IMG/VR virus record: IMGVR_UViG_3300042844_000089
Coordinates: 1-34,056 of that record
Source: a virus
Lineage: Duplodnaviria; Caudoviricetes
Strand: one strand, 5' to 3'
Length of the DNA stretch: 34,056 nt
Made by a program: the position numbers and the translations under genes. This document shows, in pieces, positions 16,488 through 23,625 of this stretch. The stretch's first letter is position 1. Every line of letters begins with the position of its first letter. The notes below the pieces were generated by a model, which was not told where the DNA came from, did not search any database, and saw nothing but the letters and a program-made list of their open reading frames with translations.

Positions 16488-16660
16488 GAGAAAGTCACCC
16501 TGCTACCACCAGGCACCCGCACGCCTGGCAGGCGACTCTCTCTGTGCAGGTTGCCAAACCTGCGGTCCTCGACTAACTGCCGACGGCGCGGGAACTGCGG
16601 ATCCCGAGAGGATGGACGACGTCAGGGAAAGAGGATCTCTCACTGCACCTCTCGGGATCC
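16488..16660 (-). ncRNA. Candidate structured RNA(s): three consecutive hairpin domains
   Basis: 13-bp perfect GGATCCCGAGAGG stem; GCAGGTT/AACCTGC; 12-bp GAGAGAGTCGCC/GGTGACTTTCTC with G-U pairs enclosing CCAGGC/GCCTGG. Confidence 0.5.
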
Positions 16661-16662
16661 AG

Positions 16663-16796
16663 CTCTTTCGACAGGATTTGAACCTGCGTTAGCGCGGTGG
16701 GGCCACTCCATCCCTTGCGGGATGGTTCGAGGCTTTCACCTCTGGGGACTCAATCCCCTGCAACCGCGCCGTCCTAGGCCACTAGACGACGAAAGA
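16663..16796 (-). ncRNA. Atypical tRNA-like RNA (134 nt, Glu/Gln-type body) with a 64-nt three-hairpin domain in place of the anticodon loop
   Basis: TCTTTCG/CGAAAGA acceptor, GTCTAGTGGCCTAGGAC D arm, GCGCGGT/ACCGCGC stem, TAAC variable loop, GCAGG-TTCAAAT-CCTGT T arm. Confidence 0.85.
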
Positions 16797-16806
16797 GTCT
16801 TGCAAG

Positions 16807-16903
16807 AAGGTGTGGCCGGATTCGATACCGGCACTGAGTCGCCTTTATCCAGCGATATATCTACCGCATATCAGCGAGACCTCTACTGTTGGGTTACACA
16901 CCT
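16807..16903 (-). ncRNA. Atypical tRNA-like RNA (97 nt) with expanded anticodon/variable region and 8-nt T loop
   Basis: AGGTGTG/CACACCT acceptor (extendable to 9 bp), TAACCCAACAGTAGAGGT D region, GCCGG-TATCGAAT-CCGGC T arm. Confidence 0.7.
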
Positions 16904-16907
16904 TCAG

Positions 16908-16980
16908 TCGGGGTGACGAGATTTGAACTCACGACCTTCCGCTCCCAAAGCGGATGCTCTCCCAACTGAGCTACACCCCG
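16908..16980 (-). tRNA. tRNA-Pro(UGG)
   Basis: CGGGGTG/CACCCCG acceptor, TCCGC-TT TGG GA-GCGGA anticodon arm. Confidence 0.93.
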
Positions 16981-16990
16981 TGGATTACGT

Positions 16991-17254
16991 TCATCCGTAG
17001 TCAAGCACCTTCATGAACCCGTCCGCATGCAGTTTTTCCGCCATCTCGCAGTCCTTCTTCTTCCTTGCCGGGGACGGGAGGGCCCAATCGCAGGTGCCCG
17101 GATTCAGGAAAATATCCTTTCTCTCGCGGTCGTACTCGATCGCATTGAACGAGTTGCAGAAGAAGTTCCCGTTGTACACGATCACGTCCCCGCACTGCGG
17201 GCATAGAACCGTCGTCGGCCTGGCGCCACTGTGGCGCAGCACATGCTGACTCAC
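16991..17254 (-). CDS. Small zinc-ribbon hypothetical protein
   Basis: GGGGAG RBS; CPQCG..IVYNGNFFC...CDWAL. Confidence 0.75.
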   Translation of the reverse strand: MSQHVLRHSGARPTTVLCPQCGDVIVYNGNFFCNSFNAIEYDRERKDIFLNPGTCDWALPSPARKKKDCEMAEKLHADGFMKVLDYG

Positions 17255-17312
17255 AACTCCCCTTTCCGGTAAAGAGGTTCCGGGGCGACAGGGGTGAACA
17301 CCCCGGAACCAG

Positions 17313-17385
17313 CAGGGACGGCAGGGCTTGAACCTGCAACCGCTGGTTTTGGAGACCAGTGCTCCACCAATTGAGCTACATCCCT
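17313..17385 (-). tRNA. tRNA-Trp(CCA)
   Basis: AGGGATG/CGTCCCT acceptor, CTGGT-CT CCA AA-ACCAG anticodon arm, G73. Confidence 0.93.
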
Positions 17386-17389
17386 ACGC

Positions 17390-17440
17390 GGCCAAGAGGA
17401 TTCTTCGACCATCCTCTTGGCCACATCTCCACTCTACCGC
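17390..17440 (-). promoter_or_regulatory. Putative tRNA-array promoter (-10 TAGAGT, 17431-17436) followed by a 12-bp leader hairpin
   Basis: TGCGGTAGAGT, then GGCCAAGAGGAT/ATCCTCTTGGCC immediately before tRNA-Trp. Confidence 0.5.
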
Positions 17441-17479
17441 AGAACTTCGTTGTTATGTAGCACTTTTCAGTGAACAGAG

Positions 17480-18115
17480 TCACCCGTTGGAGATCCGCCG
17501 GAGGAACGAGAAGCCCGTTCCGTTGCTCGTGCACGTCTGGAGGGCGACCGATGCACCGAGTCCGGCCGACGGGAACCTGCCACCCTGACTGCCCCTCTTC
17601 GCCCAGCCGTGGGCGTAGACCCGGTACGTGCCTGCCAGCGCGCCGGATCCGATGACAACCTTCCGCCCCACGGGCAGGTCGTCCATCCAGTACCAGCCCA
17701 GGTAGTTGTGCCCGGCGAGGGTGCGCACCCCGGCCGGGCGGTACAGCGTCAGCTTCCCGGCGTCGATGCACCGCTGCGCCGACTTGACGGATGATCCGCA
17801 GTACACGTACCCGGAGATGCGTGTGACCTTCGCCGGTTTCTTCGCCTTCGCCTGGACCGTCTTGACACTGACGACGGGCCGCCGCGCAGGAACCCGGAGC
17901 GTTGCCTCCGCCTTCATCACGACGGGCGCGGAGACGGGCTCGGCCACGAGAATCCTGCCGAGCGGAGGGAGCGAGACGCGCTGTCCCTGCTGAACCGGAT
18001 CGACACTGCCTCGTTCCGGCGTGCTCGCCACGCGGTCGGATGCCACGCAGACGGTCATCGCCAGAAGGGCGCACGCAGAACCGAGGACCCGCATGCGCCT
18101 GCTTCTTGATGTCAC
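17480..18115 (-). CDS. Secreted sortase-like protein
   Basis: Signal/anchor N-terminus; TLAGHN...L..G..V.I...YRV...VALQTC matches the sortase His/TC spacing. Confidence 0.6.
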   Translation of the reverse strand: MTSRSRRMRVLGSACALLAMTVCVASDRVASTPERGSVDPVQQGQRVSLPPLGRILVAEPVSAPVVMKAEATLRVPARRPVVSVKTVQAKAKKPAKVTRISGYVYCGSSVKSAQRCIDAGKLTLYRPAGVRTLAGHNYLGWYWMDDLPVGRKVVIGSGALAGTYRVYAHGWAKRGSQGGRFPSAGLGASVALQTCTSNGTGFSFLRRISNG

Positions 18116-18256
18116 TTTTCCTCTTCCTGGAGTCTCATGAAAAACCTACACTCCCCCAACCGAATGTACCCGTAATTTCATCAGTCCTCGTTCTCCGGGT
18201 TCTCCGGAGTGCCCGGAGGCACTTCGCCCGCGCCTCCGCAGCCCGTACCACACCAG

Positions 18257-18550
18257 TCACACATCTCGTCCACCCCCTGCCAGCTTCCTCGACACCCTGG
18301 CAATCGCCTCGGTGTACTTGCGGTCCTTCTCCTGAGTCTCACTGTCGAGGCAACTGAAGGGAACGAGAGCCGGATGCTCCGGATTTGTCCTGAACCTCCA
18401 CACACTCCATGCGTCGTGAACATCGGACAGGGTGACGCGGCTCCCCTGGACCAGGACCAGCAGTGCGTAGCTGTCCAGCAGCTCCGGCTTGCCCTCCAGG
18501 GAGGGAAGCTCCGCGAGGAGCATGCGGCGTACGCAGTCGACGTACCTCAC
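18257..18550 (-). CDS. Hypothetical protein with an RyR-domain-like motif
   Basis: VHDAW..W....HPALVPF..L..E.QEKDR. Confidence 0.65.
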   Translation of the reverse strand: MRYVDCVRRMLLAELPSLEGKPELLDSYALLVLVQGSRVTLSDVHDAWSVWRFRTNPEHPALVPFSCLDSETQEKDRKYTEAIARVSRKLAGGGRDV

Positions 18551-19725
18551 CGGCCGGTTCCCATCGGGTGGACCGTCGCCGTCACGCCATCGTCGTCCTT
18601 CATGTTCACGGGGATCGGATCGAGGAATCTGACCTCGACCTCCTTCTTGCCGGGACCCACCCGGTACAGATGCGCGTGCGCGGCCCGCATGTGCGGCGGC
18701 TGCTTCCTGCCCGTCGGCACTCCGGATTCCTGCCGCTCCCGCAGCCAGCGCATGTTGTCTTCGATCTTCGCGCCGATGCGGTAGCCGACCTGGTGGGTCT
18801 TCGCGGGCTTGATCTTCGGCTTTCCGCTTCCGGGCCGCGCGGGCGGCCGGTCGTTCTTGCCGTCAGAGATCTCCGACGTCCGCGAGCAGGCGTACAGCAT
18901 GTGCGACACCACCACTCGGGCCATCATCCGCAGGTAGTCCCCGATGACCGGGGCGCCGCCAAGCGGACCCGTCATCTCATCGGACCAGCGGAAACCGTTC
19001 TCGCTGATCTCTTCGACGAGACCATCCAGGGTGAAGTCCGCCGTCATGGGCAGCGTCAGGTGGCACACGTCGAAGTCGAGCATCTGCTTTTTGTCAGAAC
19101 TCAGCACCTCGGACATGACCATCACGTGAAGGGCGTTGACCACGGGATCGTGCGTACTGCGGACCAGGGAAGCCCTGCGGCCCGGCTTCGTGAACGCGGT
19201 TCCGGGAACGCTCAGCTCCCGGAACTTCATCTCGCCGCCGTCCGTGCGCGGGTATTCGTCCGAGACGGCCCCGGCGACGTAGAAGCCCATCACCCTGCCC
19301 GGCTTGCCGTCGGCATGCATGAACTCCGGGCAGCCCGTGAGGCTGAAGAACGGGTTCGGGTGCCGCAGGCGCCGGAAGACGGATCCGGGGATCGTCGCGG
19401 TCGACCCCATCCCCATCAGGGACCTGGTCATCGCCGGATGGACGTCGTAGATCTCGCGGCTCTCCTTCCAGTACAGGAAGGGCATGACGTCGCGCACGGT
19501 GTCGGCTATCAGGCTCTGCAACTTGCGCTCGCGGATGCGCATCAGCCGGTCAGCGGCCTCTGCGGCACCGTCCTTGTCGAGTCCGGTGGCCAACCCGAAC
19601 AGCTTCATCTCGCGCAGCTTGTACTCGGCCGCCTCCATGTACTGGCGGACCGTGTCGTTGATGTAGTACGGGGTGAGCTGCTCTCGTGCGGGAACCCTGA
19701 TATCGGGAAAGTCGACCTTCTGCAT
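18547..19725 (-). CDS. Hypothetical protein with C-terminal PHxRxxHxHxYxxGPG motif
   Basis: 392-aa ORF; QPPHMRAAHAHLYRVGPG. Confidence 0.75.
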   Translation of the reverse strand: MQKVDFPDIRVPAREQLTPYYINDTVRQYMEAAEYKLREMKLFGLATGLDKDGAAEAADRLMRIRERKLQSLIADTVRDVMPFLYWKESREIYDVHPAMTRSLMGMGSTATIPGSVFRRLRHPNPFFSLTGCPEFMHADGKPGRVMGFYVAGAVSDEYPRTDGGEMKFRELSVPGTAFTKPGRRASLVRSTHDPVVNALHVMVMSEVLSSDKKQMLDFDVCHLTLPMTADFTLDGLVEEISENGFRWSDEMTGPLGGAPVIGDYLRMMARVVVSHMLYACSRTSEISDGKNDRPPARPGSGKPKIKPAKTHQVGYRIGAKIEDNMRWLRERQESGVPTGRKQPPHMRAAHAHLYRVGPGKKEVEVRFLDPIPVNMKDDDGVTATVHPMGTGR

Positions 19726-19756
19726 TTCTTACCCTTTCCGAAAACCAACTCAGTCG

Positions 19757-20233
19757 TTACGCGCTCGGCGTGCCCAGAATCTCCACATCCAGGTCAAGCC
19801 TCTCCAGCGCTTCCTCGATCTCGAACTTCAGCATGCCGGAATCACTGTCCACCGGGATCCTCACCTTCACCACGAAAATCACGTCGCGATGGGTCGGCTT
19901 CTGCTTTTCCCAGTGGCCGTCGATCCGATTTCGAAGCGCCTCCAGCAGGGGCTTCTCCAGCAGCCACTCCTTGGCTCGCCTGCGGTCCCGCCGAAGCTCC
20001 ATCAGGCGCTCGATCTCACCGTCCAGGCAGTCCTGGGCCATCTCGCCGTTTGGCATGGGGCCAGAGAAGTACATGTCCAGGGTCTGATGGATGAACATTT
20101 GAGGACGATTGCCATCCGTCAGGAAGTTCAGCAAGTTCTGCGCGTACCGTATCTCCATATCGGAAACTCGGTGGACTTGATTCTGACCATCCACCCAGTA
20201 CTCGCTCTGGAGCAACAGCTCCCTGCGTTCCAC
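19757..20233 (-). CDS. Hypothetical protein
   Basis: GGAGGGGAG RBS; coupled. Confidence 0.7.
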   Translation of the reverse strand: MERRELLLQSEYWVDGQNQVHRVSDMEIRYAQNLLNFLTDGNRPQMFIHQTLDMYFSGPMPNGEMAQDCLDGEIERLMELRRDRRRAKEWLLEKPLLEALRNRIDGHWEKQKPTHRDVIFVVKVRIPVDSDSGMLKFEIEEALERLDLDVEILGTPSA

Positions 20234-20673
20234 TACTCTCCCCTCCTCCCCAGCAGCTTGCCCAGCAGGTTCCAGCTCCGGCCGCCGGGCTCCATCTTTC
20301 CCGGATACGGCTCACGTCCCGGCGTGTCGTCGCTGATCCGCCACCCCGGCATACCGGCGAAGCCCGGATCCACGGCCTCCTCGCGCATCCTGGGCGGACT
20401 CGTCACGAGGACCGTGTACAGTCGCCTGGGGGCCAGCTTGTCCAGGTGTAGCCAATACACAGGGAAGCCCCGGTCGTGTTCGATCCGTAGCAGGCGGTCA
20501 TCGGCGAGCGGCTGCATTCCGACGCCCTTGAGGTAGAGCCCCATCTCGATCGTCCAGCCCGTGTGGACCAGCTTGATCGACGATCCGCCGGTCGTGATGG
20601 TGCAGGGCTCGTCAACGTTCAGGCTCTTCAGGTCGAGCCGGTTCCGGTTCACCCGCACTGGATGCCCCTCCAC
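20233..20673 (-). CDS. Hypothetical protein
   Basis: Coupled ORF. Confidence 0.6.
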   Translation of the reverse strand: MEGHPVRVNRNRLDLKSLNVDEPCTITTGGSSIKLVHTGWTIEMGLYLKGVGMQPLADDRLLRIEHDRGFPVYWLHLDKLAPRRLYTVLVTSPPRMREEAVDPGFAGMPGWRISDDTPGREPYPGKMEPGGRSWNLLGKLLGRRGE

Positions 20674-21041
20674 AGGTCACGCGGCAGCGGCCAGTACCAG
20701 CGATAGCGGCTGCCGTCCGAATCCGAACGTTCCACCTGGATGCCACCGATCCTGGACAGCTCCAGCCAGTACTCGCGCCACGGCGTGAGGGCGGCCACGT
20801 CGAGCCAGCCGTCGCGGTCGATGGGTGACATGTGCTCGTCGTACCCACGCGGTGTGCAGTGGAGGCTCACCCACTGATCGGGAATGCCGATACCGATTCC
20901 CGCCTCGGCGCCATCGGCAAGCTGACTGATGATCACCAGATCGGCTCCGACCCCGATGTACCGCCGACCGCCGACCAGCGGCTGCTCACCACTCCGGTCG
21001 GCCATCGTGCGCAGATCGAGTCGCGTGCCGTCGAGTCTCAT
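20649..21041 (-). CDS. Hypothetical protein
   Basis: ATGA overlap. Confidence 0.6.
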   Translation of the reverse strand: MRLDGTRLDLRTMADRSGEQPLVGGRRYIGVGADLVIISQLADGAEAGIGIGIPDQWVSLHCTPRGYDEHMSPIDRDGWLDVAALTPWREYWLELSRIGGIQVERSDSDGSRYRWYWPLPRDLWRGIQCG

Positions 21042-21280
21042 GACGGCTGCCCCATCGGACTGCCAATGTCCTCCAGCGCGTCCTCGACCGCTTCGATCAC
21101 ACCCTTCAGGGCGCTGACGGCCTGCTGATACGTGCCGTCGTGCAGTTCCACGGGGAGCTTCTTGACGCCTGCCGCGAGCTGACCACGCAGGATGTCGAAC
21201 TGATCCTTCGGTGTCGGCGCCTGCCTGAGTCTCTCCTCGTACCATTTTCCACGGTAAGCCGTGAGCACCGGCCGTTCCAT
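21038..21280 (-). CDS. Hypothetical protein
   Basis: AAGGAGGGAG RBS; first gene after the promoter motif. Confidence 0.7.
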   Translation of the reverse strand: MERPVLTAYRGKWYEERLRQAPTPKDQFDILRGQLAAGVKKLPVELHDGTYQQAVSALKGVIEAVEDALEDIGSPMGQPS

Positions 21281-21335
21281 TTCTTCTCCCTCCTTGGCCC
21301 CGGATCTTCAACCGGGGCCGTACGTCATACAGTTG

Positions 21336-21365
21336 AGCCTAACAGATGGCCTGGGCCACTGTCAG
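21336..21365 (-). promoter_or_regulatory. CTGACA-N18-TAGGCT promoter with TGGCC-CA-GGCCA inverted repeat in the spacer (copy 2)
   Basis: Minus strand reads CTGACAGTGGCCCAGGCCATCTGTTAGGCT. Confidence 0.65.
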
Positions 21366-22879
21366 CCCCGCCGGGCGGAAGCCGCCTGCCGCTCCGTACG
21401 TTCCGGCCGCAGCGCGCGCACGTTCGTCACGGCCGCCGTCTCCTGCTCCTCCAGCAGAACCTCTTCGAGCACGTCGCCGGTGAACACGTCGCCGACCGGC
21501 TCGCAGTACAGCGCCTTCAGGCTCTCGTACTCCTCGGCCGCACGCTGTGCCGTCCTCGCCACCTCCGCGAGGATCTGATCCAGCTCGCGGCCTTCGTCCT
21601 GAAGTGCGGTTTCCGTCGCCCGGCTGACGTGCGCCAGACTCCTGCGGAGGGTCCGCTCCCGCAGGATGCGAGCCGCCACCAGCGGTTTCGCCGTGTCGTC
21701 AAATGAGGCGGACTCCAGCTCCAGCGCGTAGGGCAGCACCTTCTCGTAGGTGCTCACGCCCGCCATCTCCACCTCGAACGCGATGCACTCGGGGGTGATG
21801 GTTCCTTCCCTGGCGGCGATCCCCGCCGCCGCTCGCGCGATCACGCGGAGACGTTCGTCCGCGATCAGGTCGACCTCGTTGATCTGATACGAGTGCCCGT
21901 ACTTCATCATCGAGCCGACGAGACTCCGCTCGACGCGGTCCTGGCCGTAGCCGTTGAAAACCACCGGCTTCTCGCGGTGCTTCTCCTCGACCTGGATGAC
22001 CATGCGGGGGCGCCTCTTGACCGGCTCGAAGGGAACAACTTCGAAATCATCCAGCCCGAAGCCAAAGTCCCGGTGGTCCGACGAGTCGGCCCCGTCCTTG
22101 AGCACGGGGCTGCACACGACTCGGGTTTTCTCCACAACGGAACTCATGTGACCATGAACCTCTTGGGCGAATGCCAGTCCAGTGTTGTCACAATCAGCCA
22201 CGATGATGACTTCAGAGGCTCCCTTGAAGTAACGACAGTACTCAAGCCGCCACTTGTTGTTTCCGGCGCCCGAGAGTCCTGTAGTGAAAGTCTCCTCAGG
22301 GAAGTCGGCCTTCATCCGGTCGACGTCTTTTTCCCCTTCCAGAATCCAGATGCGACGCCCCTCCCGGGCGGCCTGGATAACTTCCGAAAGCCGGTAAATC
22401 ACACGCCGAATCTCGGCAGGAAGACCCCACTTTTTGCCGTACTTCATTTCCTCGTTCGGCCACCACTGGGCGAAGGGCTGCTTGCAGCCATCGCCTTTTC
22501 GTGAGCATCGCGCAACGGCGTAAAGGAGTACGCCCCGCTCATCCGTGTAGCGGTACTCGGCGGCCTTCTGCCCGCCGCATCCGTGATTTTTCTGGCAAGG
22601 CATCCACAGATCCACACGGCGCTGCCGGTATTCCTCCTTGTCGCCCTCTCCGAGGATGTCCCTCCAGGAGAGGCCGAGTGCGGCAAGGATGTCATCCCGT
22701 TCACAGTGGGCGTGGCAGTTGAATACCACGTCCATACCCTTGGTGCCCTGGCTCACGCTGAGACTCGGGCTGGCGTCATCATGGGCGGGGCACTGGAAGA
22801 CCTGACCGCCGCCCGCCCGGGACCTCTTGGACCCGGCTGCATCGAGGGCCGCAACCATGATCTCGAATCCGTTCCCCAT
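21362..22879 (-). CDS. DNA primase (zinc-binding domain + TOPRIM) with a DnaB-NTD-like C-terminal domain
   Basis: CPAHDD..PSLSV...CHAHC zinc finger; ILEGEKD and VADCD TOPRIM motifs. Confidence 0.85.
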   Translation of the reverse strand: MGNGFEIMVAALDAAGSKRSRAGGGQVFQCPAHDDASPSLSVSQGTKGMDVVFNCHAHCERDDILAALGLSWRDILGEGDKEEYRQRRVDLWMPCQKNHGCGGQKAAEYRYTDERGVLLYAVARCSRKGDGCKQPFAQWWPNEEMKYGKKWGLPAEIRRVIYRLSEVIQAAREGRRIWILEGEKDVDRMKADFPEETFTTGLSGAGNNKWRLEYCRYFKGASEVIIVADCDNTGLAFAQEVHGHMSSVVEKTRVVCSPVLKDGADSSDHRDFGFGLDDFEVVPFEPVKRRPRMVIQVEEKHREKPVVFNGYGQDRVERSLVGSMMKYGHSYQINEVDLIADERLRVIARAAAGIAAREGTITPECIAFEVEMAGVSTYEKVLPYALELESASFDDTAKPLVAARILRERTLRRSLAHVSRATETALQDEGRELDQILAEVARTAQRAAEEYESLKALYCEPVGDVFTGDVLEEVLLEEQETAAVTNVRALRPERTERQAASARRG

Positions 22880-22990
22880 TACCCCGTCCCCTTCAAACCT
22901 TATGTGCTAGTTGACCGTTGGGTCCGGTTCGGGCATAGATCCCCGAAGACGCCACACTTGTGCCATCAGGCCGGGCGGGCGCCGGAGACC

Positions 22991-23530
22991 TCATTCTGCC
23001 ACCCGGTAGAGCGGACCGTCCGGGTCGTACGTGACCGAAACCTCGAAACCCTCCGAGTCGATCACGATCCGGTCCCCATCGACCCGGAGGACTTCACCGG
23101 CCCGCCTCAGGGCGGTCTCCGAGTCGAGGTCCGTAAGGGTGAGGACGGGGGCGGAGGTGTTACCGAGGAGGCGTTCCAGCTCATCGGACCTGAGGCCCGG
23201 AGCGTACACCAGACCCGCCTTTCCGACGTGCTCGTGGCCTGTCCCCGACGCGTACGTGATGAGCGGCATGCTGCGCAGCTCGCGCGCCACGGACCGGGGT
23301 TCCCCGCCGCCCAGCATCCTGCCGATCGCGGCCCAGGTGGGCTCGTCGGTCCGCAGGCCGGGCAGCAGCGCCAGAACTCTGACGCCGGAAGCGGCGGCCC
23401 CGATCAACATCTGCGCGCAGAGCACCTCGGGGTATCCGTCGGAGCCGTTCGAGACCACAGCGGTGATCGTGTTCTCCTTGAGGCCCCAGCCGGGCCGGGC
23501 CATGGTGATCGGACCTGCCGAGATCAGCAT
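22991..23530 (-). CDS. Degenerate DnaB/RecA-like domain protein
   Basis: Manual alignment to the Walker A region of the neighbouring DnaB, but lacks GKT. Confidence 0.5.
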   Translation of the reverse strand: MLISAGPITMARPGWGLKENTITAVVSNGSDGYPEVLCAQMLIGAAASGVRVLALLPGLRTDEPTWAAIGRMLGGGEPRSVARELRSMPLITYASGTGHEHVGKAGLVYAPGLRSDELERLLGNTSAPVLTLTDLDSETALRRAGEVLRVDGDRIVIDSEGFEVSVTYDPDGPLYRVAE

Positions 23531-23576
23531 CTCTTCCGCTCCCTCTGGGTCGACAACATCAACTTGCCTGCGTCAC

Positions 23577-23601
23577 AGCCTACTACATGGCCCAGGCCAC
23601 T
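23577..23601 (-). promoter_or_regulatory. TAGGCT -10 box with TGGCC-TG-GGCCA inverted repeat (copy 3)
   Basis: Minus strand reads AGTGGCCTGGGCCATGTAGTAGGCT. Confidence 0.6.
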
Positions 23602-23625
23602 TCTACTGACAGGTCACTCGAAAGA

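Noticed and set aside
16663-16796. tmRNA or group I intron interpretation of the anticodon insert
   Set aside because: D stem is present, no G3-U70, no tag ORF, and 64 nt is far too short for a group I core
13600-17400. CRISPR array or HDV-like (theta) ribozymes after the tRNAs
   Set aside because: No regularly spaced direct repeats; I could not build the nested double pseudoknot in any trailer by eye, so a descriptor search is still needed
18463-20094. 543-aa plus-strand ORF and similar long antisense ORFs (e.g. 22583-23830, 24513-25859)
   Set aside because: Shadow frames of GC-rich minus-strand genes; no RBS or recognisable motifs
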